Part shown: piece after piece, positions 1 to 9,898 of the stretch
Layout of the letters: every line of letters begins with the position of its first letter
Position numbering within the stretch: the first letter of the stretch is position 1
Assembly (NCBI GenBank): GCA_022823665.1
Contig: JAJEHN010000015.1
Coordinates: 4,195-68,194, forward strand
From: Thermoanaerobaculia bacterium
GTDB lineage: Bacteria; Acidobacteriota; Thermoanaerobaculia; Multivoradales; Multivoraceae
Length of the DNA: 64,000 nucleotides
Reading direction: 5' to 3'
Notes under the pieces: model-generated
Told to the model about the DNA's origin: nothing
Seen by the model: the letters and a program-made list of their open reading frames with translations, nothing else
The model's database searches: none
Position numbers and translations under genes: made by a program

Positions 1-548
1 CTGAACTCCGTACCGTCCTCGGTGCCCGCGTCGTAGGGGTAGAGAGCGACCTCCACCCGCGCCAACCACTCGTCGTTCGAATCCCGCAGGGAGAGACCGG
101 ACACGCCGACGAACCAGTCGGGGCTCGGGGCGATCATGGAGACGAGGGTGACCAGCGGATGGTCGGCGCTGATGTTGAAGTCCACCGACGTCGAGGAAGT
201 GCCGGTAGAAAGCCCGCTGCCGGAGATCACGGCGCCCCGATTGGCGCCGGCGGCGTTGATTTCCTGCGTGAGCCCGCTCGTACCCCCGAACTCCGCCATC
301 GCCTCGATGCCGGACGTAGCCGTCCCGCCGACTTGCCAGAACGTCACGTTGCTGTTGTGGGTGCCGCCGATGAGCGGCGAGAAGTGGTCGCCGCCCGGCA
401 CCCCGCCCGGCGATGCCGCGGCCGTCCAGGTCCCCGTGAACGTGACCCGGTAGGTGACGGATGCGCTCCCCTGGCCCAGCAGCGAAGACGAACCGCCGAA
501 TCCCAGTGCCGCCAGAGCCAGAGCCAGAGTCAGGGTTCGACGTTTCAA
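1..548 (-). CDS. Spondin-N domain secreted protein, partial (C-terminal part runs off the left edge)
   Basis: Reverse-strand translation gives MKRRTLTLALALAALGFGGSS (signal peptide), then VTYRVTFTGTW...HFSPLIGGTHN...LVSMIAPSPDWFVG...PYDAGTE, which matches the spondin_N fold. Only a TTG start around position 548 is available (no ATG or GTG), which is why it is absent from the ORF track. A possible GGTGA Shine-Dalgarno sits upstream. Confidence 0.5.
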   Translation of the reverse strand, partial: MKRRTLTLALALAALGFGGSSSLLGQGSASVTYRVTFTGTWTAAASPGGVPGGDHFSPLIGGTHNSNVTFWQVGGTATSGIEAMAEFGGTSGLTQEINAAGANRGAVISGSGLSTGTSSTSVDFNISADHPLVTLVSMIAPSPDWFVGVSGLSLRDSNDEWLARVEVALYPYDAGTEDGTEF

Positions 549-678
549 GACACTGTCACCCGGGTTCAGATTCCATGGCTCGATCGGGCGCCACGCCGGC
601 CCCGCGAAGCGCCGCAGAATACCAGTCCGCGACCGGAACGCGACCGGCAAGAGCTGTTCACCGCCGTCCACCACCCTT

Positions 679-1434
679 CTACGCCAGTGTCGCGGCCACT
701 TCGGCCAGCCGACGGCCCAGGCGAGCCGTCCGCAGGCGGATCTTCGCCAGGGGAACGAGGGCCGAGGGACGCATCAGAGCCCCCCGAACCACCGGACCTG
801 TTGAGGAGTCGCCGCCGGCCGCCGAGGCCCGCTCGAGCCAGGACGGAAGCCGGTCCGCCGCCGTGTCGCTGATCGCGCGCACGGCGGCGAAGGGAACGCC
901 GCCACGCTGGAGCACCCGGGCCGCCGCCCAGGTCTCCATGTCGACCGCGGTGTCCGGAAGAGAACCGCTACGCCGCCACAGCGCCTCGCGGGACGAGGTG
1001 GTGACCACCAAACCGGGGGCCGTGACCAGGACGCCCGGGCGGCAACCGCGGGCCGCGGCCGCCCCGACCAGGGTCTCGTCGAGGTCGACGGCCAGCTGGG
1101 CCGGCGCCAACACGGTCCGGCCGACGACCAGATCGCCAACCTCGAGGTCCGGCGACAGGGCGCCGGCGATGCCGATCCAGACGACCCTGCCGCAGGAACC
1201 CCGGGAGGCGAGACGAACGCAGCGCTCGGCGGCCCGCCGCGCCGCCCGCTCGCCGACGCCGCAGACAGCCACCTGGACCGACCGGTCTCCGATGCGGCCC
1301 CGAACGGCAGCGGCCGCCGCGCCGTCCCGGATGCGCAAGGCGCCGTCGACGCGGCGGAGCAGGGCCGAAGCCTCGGACTTCATCGCGGCCAGGTAGATGG
1401 TCTCGCCTGCCGTGGCTCGACCGGCCGTCATCAC
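679..1434 (-). CDS. hpnG: Hopanoid-associated phosphorylase / nucleosidase HpnG (PNP/MTAN family)
   Basis: 251 aa. PNP/UDP-type nucleosidase fold (VAVCGVGERAA...WIGIAGAL...METWAAA). Its start overlaps the hpnA stop by 4 nt, and it lies in an shc-hpnH-hpnA-hpnG array. Confidence 0.75.
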   Translation of the reverse strand: MMTAGRATAGETIYLAAMKSEASALLRRVDGALRIRDGAAAAAVRGRIGDRSVQVAVCGVGERAARRAAERCVRLASRGSCGRVVWIGIAGALSPDLEVGDLVVGRTVLAPAQLAVDLDETLVGAAAARGCRPGVLVTAPGLVVTTSSREALWRRSGSLPDTAVDMETWAAARVLQRGGVPFAAVRAISDTAADRLPSWLERASAAGGDSSTGPVVRGALMRPSALVPLAKIRLRTARLGRRLAEVAATLA

Positions 1435-2432
1435 CGCGACGGCCCCTTCACGTAGCCGTTCTCCTCGAACCAGCGCACCGCGCGTCCGAGCGCCTCCCGG
1501 ATGGAACCCTGGATCAGACCGAGCTCCCTGACCGCCTTGCCGGCATCGAAGAACATCCTGTGGCGCGCCATGCGCGCGCTGTCGAGCGCGACGCGGGGCT
1601 CGCCTCCGGCCAGCCGCGCCCAGCCGGTCGCCAGAGCCGCGGCGCCGACCGGCAGCCAGTGCGGAAGCCGCAGACGGGGCGCCTCGAGCCCGGTGATCCC
1701 GGCCAGCATCCGCAGCATTTCGACCAGGGTGACGTTGCGGTGCCCCAGGATGTACTTCTCGCCCACCCGGCCGCGTTCCGCGGCCAGCAGGTGGCCCCGG
1801 GCGACGTCGCGCACGTCGATCAGGTTGAGCCCGGTGTCGACGTACGCTGGCATCCTCCGGTTCAGGAAGTCGACGATGATTCGCCCGGTCGGCGTCGGCT
1901 TGACGTCCAGCTCGCCAACCGGAGTCGACGGATTCACGATGACGACCGGAGCGCCGGCCGCAGCCGCCTCGACGGCGACTCGCTCTGCCTGGTACTTGCT
2001 GCGCTTGTAGTGCCCGACCATCGCCGAGACGCTGACGGGAGTCGTCTCGGTCGCGGGGCGACCGCCAGGTTCCAGACCGAGCGCGCCCACCGAACTCGTG
2101 TAGACGATGCGTTCTGCTCCCGCCTCAGCCGCCGCCGCCAGCAGACGGCGGGTGCCGTCGACGTTCGAGGCGTAGATGTCACGCGGACGGCGGACGAAGA
2201 GGCGGTAGTCGGCCGCGCAGTGATAGACCTTGGTGCATCCCGCGCAGGCTGCCCGGAGACTCGCGGGCTCCCGCAGGTCCCCCTCGGCGATCTCCACGTC
2301 GCAGCCGTCGAGGTTCGAGCGGTCTCCGCCCGGCCGCGCCAGACAGCGCACGGGTTCCCGGCCCTGAGCGAGGAGTGCGCGGACGACGTGCGCGCCGACG
2401 AACCCGGTGCCGCCGGTGACGAGAACCGTCAC
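1431..2432 (-). CDS. hpnA: Hopanoid-associated NAD-dependent sugar epimerase/dehydratase HpnA
   Basis: 333 aa. N-terminal Rossmann motif MTVLVTGGTGFVGAHVV, YxxxK motif (YKRSKYQAE). Sits between hpnH and hpnG. Confidence 0.75.
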   Translation of the reverse strand: MTVLVTGGTGFVGAHVVRALLAQGREPVRCLARPGGDRSNLDGCDVEIAEGDLREPASLRAACAGCTKVYHCAADYRLFVRRPRDIYASNVDGTRRLLAAAAEAGAERIVYTSSVGALGLEPGGRPATETTPVSVSAMVGHYKRSKYQAERVAVEAAAAGAPVVIVNPSTPVGELDVKPTPTGRIIVDFLNRRMPAYVDTGLNLIDVRDVARGHLLAAERGRVGEKYILGHRNVTLVEMLRMLAGITGLEAPRLRLPHWLPVGAAALATGWARLAGGEPRVALDSARMARHRMFFDAGKAVRELGLIQGSIREALGRAVRWFEENGYVKGPSR

Positions 2433-2458
2433 CCGTCAGGGCCGGGCCGCCGGGGCCA

Positions 2459-3460
2459 TCATCCCGTCAGGTGCCAGGCGGCAAGGCGCAGCGCGTCCTT
2501 CGGACTCTTCTTGAGGTCCCGGACGACCGACGCCTCGAACCCCGAGTGCATCGCGCAGTTCGTGCAGAGGGGATCCTGGCGCGACTCCCAGTAGTCCCAG
2601 TCCGTCTCCTCCCAGAACTCCTCGTAGGTCGCGTAGTGGCGCTTGCCGATCAGGTAGCAGGGCCCCTTCCAGCCGAGCGGCGTCCGGGTGACCGTGCTCC
2701 AGGGCGAGCAGGAGTAGTCCCGCAGCCCGGCCGCGAACTCGAGGAACATGGGGGTCGAGGTCAGCTTGTACCCGTCCGCGATCTCGAGAATGCGCCGGAA
2801 CTTCCGCTCCGTGTCCTGGCGCGTGAGAAAGATGTCGCGATCCACCGACTCGTACTGGTAGCCGGGTGAGATCAGCATGCCGTCGATGTCGAGGTCGCGC
2901 AGGAACCGGCACAGCTCCTCGACTTCATCGATCTTCGTTTCCTTGAACACGGTCGTGTTCGTCGTGACGTGGTAGCCGCGCTCCTTCGCCGCCCGGATCA
3001 TCTCGATCGCCTTGTCGAACACGCCGTCCCGGGCGCACACGAAGTCGTGAGTCTCCCGCATGCCGTCGAGGTGGACGTTCAGCGTGAGCCGCTTGTTCGG
3101 CGGCACCCGGTCGAACACCTTCGTGTCCAGGAGCAGCGCGTTCGTGCAGAGGTAGATGTGCCGGCGCCGAGCGATGATGCCGGAGATCAGTTCCGGAAGC
3201 TCCGGGTAGATCGTCGGCTCGCCGCCGCAGATCGAAACGACGGGCGCCTCGCTCACCCGCACCGCGTCGAGACACTCCGAAACCGGCAGCCTGTCCCTGA
3301 GCTTGCCGGTGTGCCTCTCCACCGCGCATCCAAGGCAGGCCAGGTTGCAGGTGTAGAGCGGCTCCAGCATGAGGACGAACGGATACCGGCGCCTGCCCTG
3401 AAGCGCGTTCCTGGCCTGGTGCTTCAGGTTGTCGGTGACCATGTGCAGCGGTGTTCGCAT
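2459..3460 (-). CDS. hpnH: Adenosylhopane synthase HpnH (radical SAM)
   Basis: 333 aa. CxxxCxxC radical-SAM motif in PLYTCNLACLGCAVE. The C-terminal Cys cluster is typical of HpnH. Directly downstream of shc. Confidence 0.85.
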   Translation of the reverse strand: MRTPLHMVTDNLKHQARNALQGRRRYPFVLMLEPLYTCNLACLGCAVERHTGKLRDRLPVSECLDAVRVSEAPVVSICGGEPTIYPELPELISGIIARRRHIYLCTNALLLDTKVFDRVPPNKRLTLNVHLDGMRETHDFVCARDGVFDKAIEMIRAAKERGYHVTTNTTVFKETKIDEVEELCRFLRDLDIDGMLISPGYQYESVDRDIFLTRQDTERKFRRILEIADGYKLTSTPMFLEFAAGLRDYSCSPWSTVTRTPLGWKGPCYLIGKRHYATYEEFWEETDWDYWESRQDPLCTNCAMHSGFEASVVRDLKKSPKDALRLAAWHLTG

Positions 3461-3493
3461 GGATCTCAGAAGGGTCCTTTCGCGGGCATCCTG

Positions 3494-5518
3494 TCAGTGA
3501 ACATCCGACCGCCGGCCGGGCGCGTCGGGTTCCGGCACGGCGAGCCGCCTGTACGCAGCCAGTGCCTCGAGCGGGAAGTACTGCGCGTAGCCGTGGTAGC
3601 GGAGGTAGAACACGCGGGGGAAGCCTACGCCGGTCCAGTCGCGGTCGTACCACGAGCCGTCCTCGCGCTGGCGATCGTGGAGGAAGGCAACGGCCCGGTC
3701 CAGCGCCGCCACGGTACGGTCCGCGTCGCCGCTCCAGGACCTCGATTCGATTGAGGCGATCAGGCCCATCATCGCCCACGCGGTCTGCGAAGCCGTACTC
3801 CTGCCGCGTCCCTTGAAGCCGGCATCCTCGTAGGAGCGAAGCGACTCGCCCCAACCGCCGTCCTCGTTCTGCACCTCCAGGAGCCAGCGCCTGCCGCGCC
3901 GGCATGCCCGGCTCAGACGTCCCGCGGCGCGGCCGCCGGTCCGCGTCGCCAGCGGCGCGAGCGCGGACAGGGCAAGCCAGGCGCCGTAGATGCCGTTGGC
4001 GCCCCAGCGCCCCGACCAGCTTCCATCCTTCTCCTGCTCGCGAAGGAGGTAGTCCGTGGCCCGTCGCACCGGCCCATCGTCCGGAGCGTGGCCATGCGCC
4101 AGGAGGGCGTTGATCACCCGGGCGGTGATGTCGGGGGTGCTCGGATCGATCATCGCGTTGTGGTCGGCGAAGGGAATGAGGGTCAGGACTTCCTTGTCGC
4201 AGCAGCGGTCGAACGAGGCCCAGCCCCCGTCCGGGTTCTGCAGACCGAGAAGCCAGCGCTGCCCGCGCTCCGCCGCGGCCTGCCTCCGTGCTTCCAGGTC
4301 GCCGGTCCGCCCCCGGACCGCGGCCAGCAGCAGCAGGACTTCCGCCGTGTCGTCGCAGTCGGGGTAGAGGTCGTTCCGGTACTCGAAGCACCAGCCTCCC
4401 GGGGCGTCCTGGAGACTGTTCTCCCGCCAGTCGCCGCCGACCGTGACCTCGCGGTCGAGCAGCCACCTGAGCGCCTCCTGGACGGGCGCATCGCTCCCGT
4501 CCACGTCCGCGGCGAGCAGGGCGCCCACCGACAGCGCCGTGTCCCACACCGGCGAGAAGCAGGGCTGAAGCCGCATCTCTCCGGCCTCTTCGATCTCGAA
4601 CCGTTCGAGTTCCCGCAGTTGCCCCTGGACCAGGGGATGACTCTCCTCGTAGCCCAGACAACGGAACGCGATGGCCGCGTTGACCATCGCCGGGAAGATG
4701 GCGCCCAGACCATCCGAGCCCTCGACGTGGGCGATCAGCCACTCCTCCGCCTTCTCCAGGGCTCGGCGCCGCCACCGGGGCACGGGGCCCACGACCTCCA
4801 CCAGCTTGATCAGGCCGTTGACGCCGGCGAACACGGCGGACCAAAACGACTCGTGGAGAGTCCGCCGGCGGCGACCGGGCCCGGAGTCTCCATGGAGTTC
4901 GCCCAGCGTCACGTCGACCGGCACGCTCGGCCTGAGAGCCCAGATCACCGACAGCGGCACCACGATCGTCCGCGTCCAGGAGGACATCTCGTACAGGTTG
5001 AAGTAGAACCAGCGCGGCAGCAGGATGAGTTCCGGGGGCACGGCGGGCGACCGCCGCCAGGTCCACAGCCCGAAGATCGACAGGTAGAGTCTCGTGTACG
5101 AGTTGCAGGCGCGCAGTCCGCCCGCCCGCAGGATCGCCCGGCGCGCATCGCCCATCCGCGGCGATTGCGGATCGTCACCGGCGAGCTTCAGGCACAGGTA
5201 GGCCTTGACCGAGACGCTCGGGTCCGTCGGCCCGTCCGGATAGATCGCCCAGCCGCCGGCCTTCTGCTGCTGACTGCGCAGACGCTCGCAGCACGCCGCG
5301 ACGCGCGGGTCGTCGCCGCGTCCCAGGAAGTGCAGCAGCAGCACGTACTCGGACTCGAGAATCGTGTCGCCCTCGAGTTCGGCGCACCAGTGGCCGTCGT
5401 CCCGGCGCTGGCCCAGCAGATGGCGCACGGCCGCGTCGATCATCACGTCGATGACCTTCGGCGGCGGAGTGGGAGAAGACTCCGGGCGCTCGCGGAGTCC
5501 TCTGGTCAGGCTGGCCAT
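3494..5518 (-). CDS. shc: Squalene-hopene cyclase
   Basis: 674 aa. DxDDTA catalytic motif (YPDCDDTAEV). Multiple QW repeats (QxxDGGW / QNPDGGWG / QREDGSW). Class II terpene-cyclase length. An alternative start at M26 is possible. Confidence 0.95.
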   Translation of the reverse strand: MASLTRGLRERPESSPTPPPKVIDVMIDAAVRHLLGQRRDDGHWCAELEGDTILESEYVLLLHFLGRGDDPRVAACCERLRSQQQKAGGWAIYPDGPTDPSVSVKAYLCLKLAGDDPQSPRMGDARRAILRAGGLRACNSYTRLYLSIFGLWTWRRSPAVPPELILLPRWFYFNLYEMSSWTRTIVVPLSVIWALRPSVPVDVTLGELHGDSGPGRRRRTLHESFWSAVFAGVNGLIKLVEVVGPVPRWRRRALEKAEEWLIAHVEGSDGLGAIFPAMVNAAIAFRCLGYEESHPLVQGQLRELERFEIEEAGEMRLQPCFSPVWDTALSVGALLAADVDGSDAPVQEALRWLLDREVTVGGDWRENSLQDAPGGWCFEYRNDLYPDCDDTAEVLLLLAAVRGRTGDLEARRQAAAERGQRWLLGLQNPDGGWASFDRCCDKEVLTLIPFADHNAMIDPSTPDITARVINALLAHGHAPDDGPVRRATDYLLREQEKDGSWSGRWGANGIYGAWLALSALAPLATRTGGRAAGRLSRACRRGRRWLLEVQNEDGGWGESLRSYEDAGFKGRGRSTASQTAWAMMGLIASIESRSWSGDADRTVAALDRAVAFLHDRQREDGSWYDRDWTGVGFPRVFYLRYHGYAQYFPLEALAAYRRLAVPEPDAPGRRSDVH

Positions 5519-5531
5519 GGCAGGACGGCGC

Positions 5532-6449
5532 TCAGAAGCTGTACTTCATGCCGAAGCTGACTCCCCACATGCTCAGGTCGCCGGTCGACACGACGTACAG
5601 CACGTCGGCCCCGCCGGGGCCGCGGCTCGAGTGGTGGCTCCGAAGCTGGTCCCAGGCCAGCCGGCCGCTGTCGAAGTCGCCGTACTCGACCAGCCGGGCC
5701 TTGACGCCGAGCGTCACCGAGTCGCTCACCGAGAAGTCGACGCCCGCGAGCAACTGGTAGGCGGACACGCTGTCCTGGAGCTTCGTGTTCGCGATGGTCG
5801 TCGTCCCCGCGACGATCCGCCGCAGGCTCTCCTCGTCCGGATGGCCGGCGAACGTGGTGATGGCGGCCGGATCGCCGTTCCGCTTCCACCGGTTGAAGTA
5901 GTCAATCGACGCGTCCGCCGTGCCGGCGCCGAGGCCGACATAAGGGGAGACTCTCGCGCCCGGGGTGAAGTCCCAGTAGACGTTGGCGAAGAAGCTCTCG
6001 TACTGCACGGTTTCGATCCGGGTTTCCGCGATCTCGAGTTCCTGCTGCGCCTTGTCCACCGTCACGTCGTCGGTCGCCGCCAGGTCGGCGGTGGCGTCGT
6101 ATGAGAGCGCCGAGTGGGTGTACTCGAGTTCGGCTCGGATGTTGCCGAAGCGATAGCCGACCGCGAGGCCGCCCATCATGCCGGAGCCGCCGCCGATGTC
6201 CGAAGACCATGCCGAAGCCGGCGGATCGCAGCCCGCGTTCGTGCCGTCGATCGGCACGATCCAGCCGTCACAGGTCGTCGCGACGTCGTTGTCCGTGCCG
6301 TCCACGGTCATCGACGCTCCGTTTCCGATGCCGATCTCCAGGCCGACGTACGGCCCGTTCTGCGCGGCAACCGGACCGGCGGCCAACAGCGCCGGAGTCG
6401 CCAGCAAGGGCAGCAAACGCACTCGCAATCCATATCTGAATCGTCTCAT
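5532..6449 (-). CDS. Outer-membrane beta-barrel protein (OmpA-like N-terminal / opacity-porin family)
   Basis: Real product is 305 aa and starts MRRFRYGLRVRLLPLLATPALLAAGPVAAQ (signal peptide). A GGGAG Shine-Dalgarno lies about 8 nt upstream. Alternating-hydrophobic beta-strands and a C-terminal ...GVSFGMKYSF (terminal aromatic). The 528-aa track ORF is an N-terminal over-extension. Stop is 13 nt upstream of the shc start, and the start overlaps the Gfo stop (ATGA). Confidence 0.7.
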   Translation of the reverse strand: MRRFRYGLRVRLLPLLATPALLAAGPVAAQNGPYVGLEIGIGNGASMTVDGTDNDVATTCDGWIVPIDGTNAGCDPPASAWSSDIGGGSGMMGGLAVGYRFGNIRAELEYTHSALSYDATADLAATDDVTVDKAQQELEIAETRIETVQYESFFANVYWDFTPGARVSPYVGLGAGTADASIDYFNRWKRNGDPAAITTFAGHPDEESLRRIVAGTTTIANTKLQDSVSAYQLLAGVDFSVSDSVTLGVKARLVEYGDFDSGRLAWDQLRSHHSSRGPGGADVLYVVSTGDLSMWGVSFGMKYSF

Positions 6450-7660
6450 TCCAGTACTCCCTGATTCGTCTCGTAGTCGACCCGTCGGCCTTCCACCGCC
6501 GACACGTACGCCGAGTACAGCACCCGCACGACCTCCAGGCCGAGCTCGCCGTCCGACTCGGCGGCCACGCCGTCCAGCAGGTTCGCGGCAAACGCCTGGC
6601 ACATGCCGAGTTGCCCCGAGGTCCAGTCCTCGTCCGGCATCGGGGTCGTCCAGCCTGCGCCGGAGTCGATCTTCTCCATGATGTAGGCGTCGTCGAAGAC
6701 TCTCTCGTCGGGCGCGTATGCGCTCAGCATGTCGTTCGGGCTCAGGCTGAGCCGCAGCCGACAGTTGCTGGCAAACAGATCGAGGCCGCTTTCCATTCCA
6801 CCCAGGACGTGGTCGCCGCCCCAGGCGACGGCACGCGAACCGTCGTCGAAGCCGATCACGGCGCAGCCCCAGTTCTCGACCTCGCCCCATTCGCCGGCGA
6901 CGCGGAGTTCGTCCGCCGGCAGGCCGGCAACGGCGCTCAGGTCGGCGGTCTCCGCGCTGACCCAGGCGGGTCGCACCGGCTTGCCCGACCGCCGCAGCCC
7001 TTCCGCCCGCTTCAGGTGGAGCATGGCGCCGACCGGATGGGCGGCGAGCCGGATCAGGGCGCCGCCGCCAGTGTGCCGCCAGACCCGCGAGTAGGGGGAG
7101 TGAGAGCCGCTGTGGCACTCGCCGCCCCGCATCTCGAGGAGAACCGAGTCCGCCTTCTTCAGCAGCCCCAGAGCGCGACGGAAGGCGGGAGCGTAGATCC
7201 AGTTCTCGCCGTAGAGAAGCTGCACGCCGGCGTGTTTCGCCGCATTGACCATGGCCCGGGCGTCCGCTTCGGCCACCCGCAGCATCTCGCCGCGGTCGCG
7301 ACCGGCAACGTCGGCGTCGCTCGCGTCCTCAGGCAGGTCCTGGCCGGTGTAGGCGGTCAGCGGCTTCGTGCAGATCACGTGCTTACCGGCCCCGGCCGCG
7401 GCCTCGGCCATCTCCCGGTGCAGGCTGTTCGGAACGCAGAGATCGACGACGTCGATCGCCGGGCTCGCGAGCATGGCGTCGAGGTCCTCGAACACGGCCG
7501 GGACGTCGAAGCGTTGCGCGTAGTCCTCGGCCCGCTCTCGCCGCCGCGACGCGACGCCGGCGATCCCGGCCGAGACGACCTGCTTCCAGCAGCGCGCCCG
7601 GGTTTCGGCCAGGAAACCGGCGCCGACGATCCCTACGCGTAACTGTGCTGACGTGACCAC
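6446..7660 (-). CDS. Gfo/Idh/MocA family NAD(P)-dependent oxidoreductase
   Basis: Rossmann motif LRVGIVGAGF near the N-terminus. C-terminal GFO/IDH/MOCA alpha/beta domain. Start placed at the GTG (VVTSAQLRVGIVG) about 54 codons inside the track ORF. Divergent from the PQQ dehydrogenase gene. Confidence 0.75.
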   Translation of the reverse strand: MVTSAQLRVGIVGAGFLAETRARCWKQVVSAGIAGVASRRRERAEDYAQRFDVPAVFEDLDAMLASPAIDVVDLCVPNSLHREMAEAAAGAGKHVICTKPLTAYTGQDLPEDASDADVAGRDRGEMLRVAEADARAMVNAAKHAGVQLLYGENWIYAPAFRRALGLLKKADSVLLEMRGGECHSGSHSPYSRVWRHTGGGALIRLAAHPVGAMLHLKRAEGLRRSGKPVRPAWVSAETADLSAVAGLPADELRVAGEWGEVENWGCAVIGFDDGSRAVAWGGDHVLGGMESGLDLFASNCRLRLSLSPNDMLSAYAPDERVFDDAYIMEKIDSGAGWTTPMPDEDWTSGQLGMCQAFAANLLDGVAAESDGELGLEVVRVLYSAYVSAVEGRRVDYETNQGVLE

Positions 7661-7748
7661 CGATTCGCGGGAGCATAGCCGCCGCGTGGAACGCCGGATT
7701 CCGCCTGCGGCGGATGCCGGCCAGAAGGCCGGCGCACCGACAGATACG

Positions 7749-9836
7749 ATGGGCGCCGCTCTCGAGATGCGCACGAAGACGATCCTTGGCTCCGCGGTGC
7801 TCTGCATCGCTTCCGCTGCCATGCCGGCAACCGCCCAGACCGGCGCGCCGGCCGGCGAGTGGCCGAGCTACGGCGGCGACGTCGGGTCGACCAAGTACTC
7901 GCCGCTGGACGAGATCGACGCCGCTAACTTCGCCGACCTCGAAGTCGCCTGGCGCTGGCGTTCGGTGGACGGCTTCCTGAGCAAGTCGGAGGCCGGCGGC
8001 GAGTGGTACGCCAACCGGGACGTCATCTTCGACCGGTTGAAGGACGACGATCCGCTGCTCTGGCGGGCCGGCCGCGCCCCCTTTATCCGCAACCTGAAGG
8101 CGACGCCGCTGATGCAGGAAGGCCTGCTCTTCCTGAACACGCCGATCTCGATCGCGGCCGCGGTCGACCCCGGCAGCGGTCGGACGGTCTGGGCCTACAA
8201 CCCGAAGAGCTACGAGAGCGGCACGACGACGATGACCGTCGTCTGGAACCAGCGCGGCGTCGCCTACTGGACGAACGGCGAGGAAGGCGACGAGGCGGAC
8301 AGCCGTATCTACTGGGGCACCGGCGACGGCTACCTGCTCTCGGTCGACGCCCGTACCGGCCGCCCGAACGAGGACTTCGGCGATGGCGGCCGCGTCGACC
8401 TGATGGAGGGCCTGCCGCGCGCCAACCGGGGCGAGCGGGACTACCTGAACGCCCTGCTCTACTCGATGCAGTCGCCGCCCGTCGTGGTCCGCGACGTGGT
8501 CGTCACCGGCGCCTCGATCGCCGACCGCCGGATCACCAGGGAGTCCATCCCGGGCTGGGTGCGCGGCTGGGACGCGCGCACGGGCGAGCTCCGCTGGGTG
8601 TTCCGCACCGTGCCGCAGGAGGGCGACGAGGGCGTCGAGACGTGGGAAGACGAGTCCTGGCGCTACTCCGGCAACGCGAACGTCTGGACGATGCTCTCGG
8701 GCGACAACGAGCACGGCATCGTCTACCTGCCGATCGGCACCGCCACGAACGACTTCTACGGCGGCCACCGCCCCGGCGACAACCTCTACTCCGAGAGCCT
8801 GGTCGCGGTCGACGTCGAGACGGGCGAGAAGCTCTGGCACTTCCAGGCCGTCCGCCACGGCCTCTGGGACTACGACTTCCCCGCCGCGCCGACGCTGATC
8901 GACCTCCCGGGTCCGGCGGGCGCCGATCCCCGGCAGATCGTCGCCCAGGTCAGCAAGCAGGGCTTCCTCTACGTCTTCGACCGCGTCACGGGCGAACCGG
9001 TATGGGAGATCGAGGACCGGCCGGTGCCCCCGGCGACGATGCCCGGCGACACGGCCGCGCCGACCCAGCCCTTCCCGACGAAGCCGGCGCCCTTCGAGTA
9101 CCAGGGCGTGACCGAGGACGACCTGGCCGACTTCACGCCCGAGATCAGGCAGATGGCCCTCGACGTGATCGAGGACTACCGGATCGGCCCGCTGTACACG
9201 CCGCCGTCGTTGCCCGAGCCCGGCGGCAAGCGGGGCACGATCTTCCGGCCGTCGGCCGGCGGCGGCGCGAACTGGTACGGCGCCGCGGTCGATCCGGAAA
9301 CCGGCTGGCTCTACGTGCCATCGCGCAACGCGTTCAGCATGATCACGTTCTACACGCCCGATCCTCTCGAAGGCGGGACGCTCCGCTACACCCACGGTGG
9401 CCGCGGCAAGCGGCCCGAGATGCCGGAAGGCCTGCCCCTGTTCAAGCCCCCCTACACCCGGATGACCGCGATCGACCTGAACACCGGTGAGCACGTCTGG
9501 ATGAAGCCGCTCGGCAACAACGACACGCTGCGCAACCACCCCCGCCTGAAGGACCTCGACCTGCCACCCCTCGGCGGCGACACCTACACCGGGCCGCTGC
9601 TGACGAAGACGTTGCTGATCCATGGCCAGCACGCACCGGAGGACGACGGCGGCAACCGCCTCGTCGCGCGGGACAAGCGGACCGGCGACGTGATCGCCGA
9701 GGTGCCCCTGCCGGCCCGCGGTCTAGGTACGCCGATGACCTACCTCTGGGAGGGCCGGCAGTACATCGCGCTGACCGTCGCCGGCAGGAGGGAGACGGAC
9801 GGCGTGCCGGAGTTGATGGCTTTCGCGCTGCCGTGA
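7749..9836 (+). CDS. PQQ-dependent dehydrogenase (quinoprotein alcohol/glucose dehydrogenase family), secreted
   Basis: Signal peptide MGAALEMRTKTILGSAVLCIASAAMPATAQ, then WPSYGGDVGSTKYSPLDEIDAANFADLEVAWRW (canonical quinoprotein N-terminus). Eight-bladed propeller W-motifs (WAY, WRYSGNANVWT, LWHFQ). About 690 aa. Start taken at the internal Met with the signal peptide; the track start is 32 codons upstream. Confidence 0.85.
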   Translation: MGAALEMRTKTILGSAVLCIASAAMPATAQTGAPAGEWPSYGGDVGSTKYSPLDEIDAANFADLEVAWRWRSVDGFLSKSEAGGEWYANRDVIFDRLKDDDPLLWRAGRAPFIRNLKATPLMQEGLLFLNTPISIAAAVDPGSGRTVWAYNPKSYESGTTTMTVVWNQRGVAYWTNGEEGDEADSRIYWGTGDGYLLSVDARTGRPNEDFGDGGRVDLMEGLPRANRGERDYLNALLYSMQSPPVVVRDVVVTGASIADRRITRESIPGWVRGWDARTGELRWVFRTVPQEGDEGVETWEDESWRYSGNANVWTMLSGDNEHGIVYLPIGTATNDFYGGHRPGDNLYSESLVAVDVETGEKLWHFQAVRHGLWDYDFPAAPTLIDLPGPAGADPRQIVAQVSKQGFLYVFDRVTGEPVWEIEDRPVPPATMPGDTAAPTQPFPTKPAPFEYQGVTEDDLADFTPEIRQMALDVIEDYRIGPLYTPPSLPEPGGKRGTIFRPSAGGGANWYGAAVDPETGWLYVPSRNAFSMITFYTPDPLEGGTLRYTHGGRGKRPEMPEGLPLFKPPYTRMTAIDLNTGEHVWMKPLGNNDTLRNHPRLKDLDLPPLGGDTYTGPLLTKTLLIHGQHAPEDDGGNRLVARDKRTGDVIAEVPLPARGLGTPMTYLWEGRQYIALTVAGRRETDGVPELMAFALP

Positions 9837-9898
9837 CGTTGAATGGAAGTTGGCCGTCGAAGACGAAACACACCATCCCGAAAGAGCGTCTCATCAAC

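Noticed and set aside
2925-5560. 713-aa minus-strand ORF (2925..5066) and 490-aa plus-strand ORF (4088..5560) over the shc locus
   Set aside because: These are alternative-frame or antisense frames across squalene-hopene cyclase. shc carries diagnostic DxDDTA and QW motifs. These have none and are compositionally biased.
7383-9632. 749-aa minus-strand ORF
   Set aside because: It lies entirely antisense to the well-supported PQQ dehydrogenase gene. It is Arg/Ala/Gly-rich and low-complexity, which is typical of GC-driven open frames. It has no motifs.
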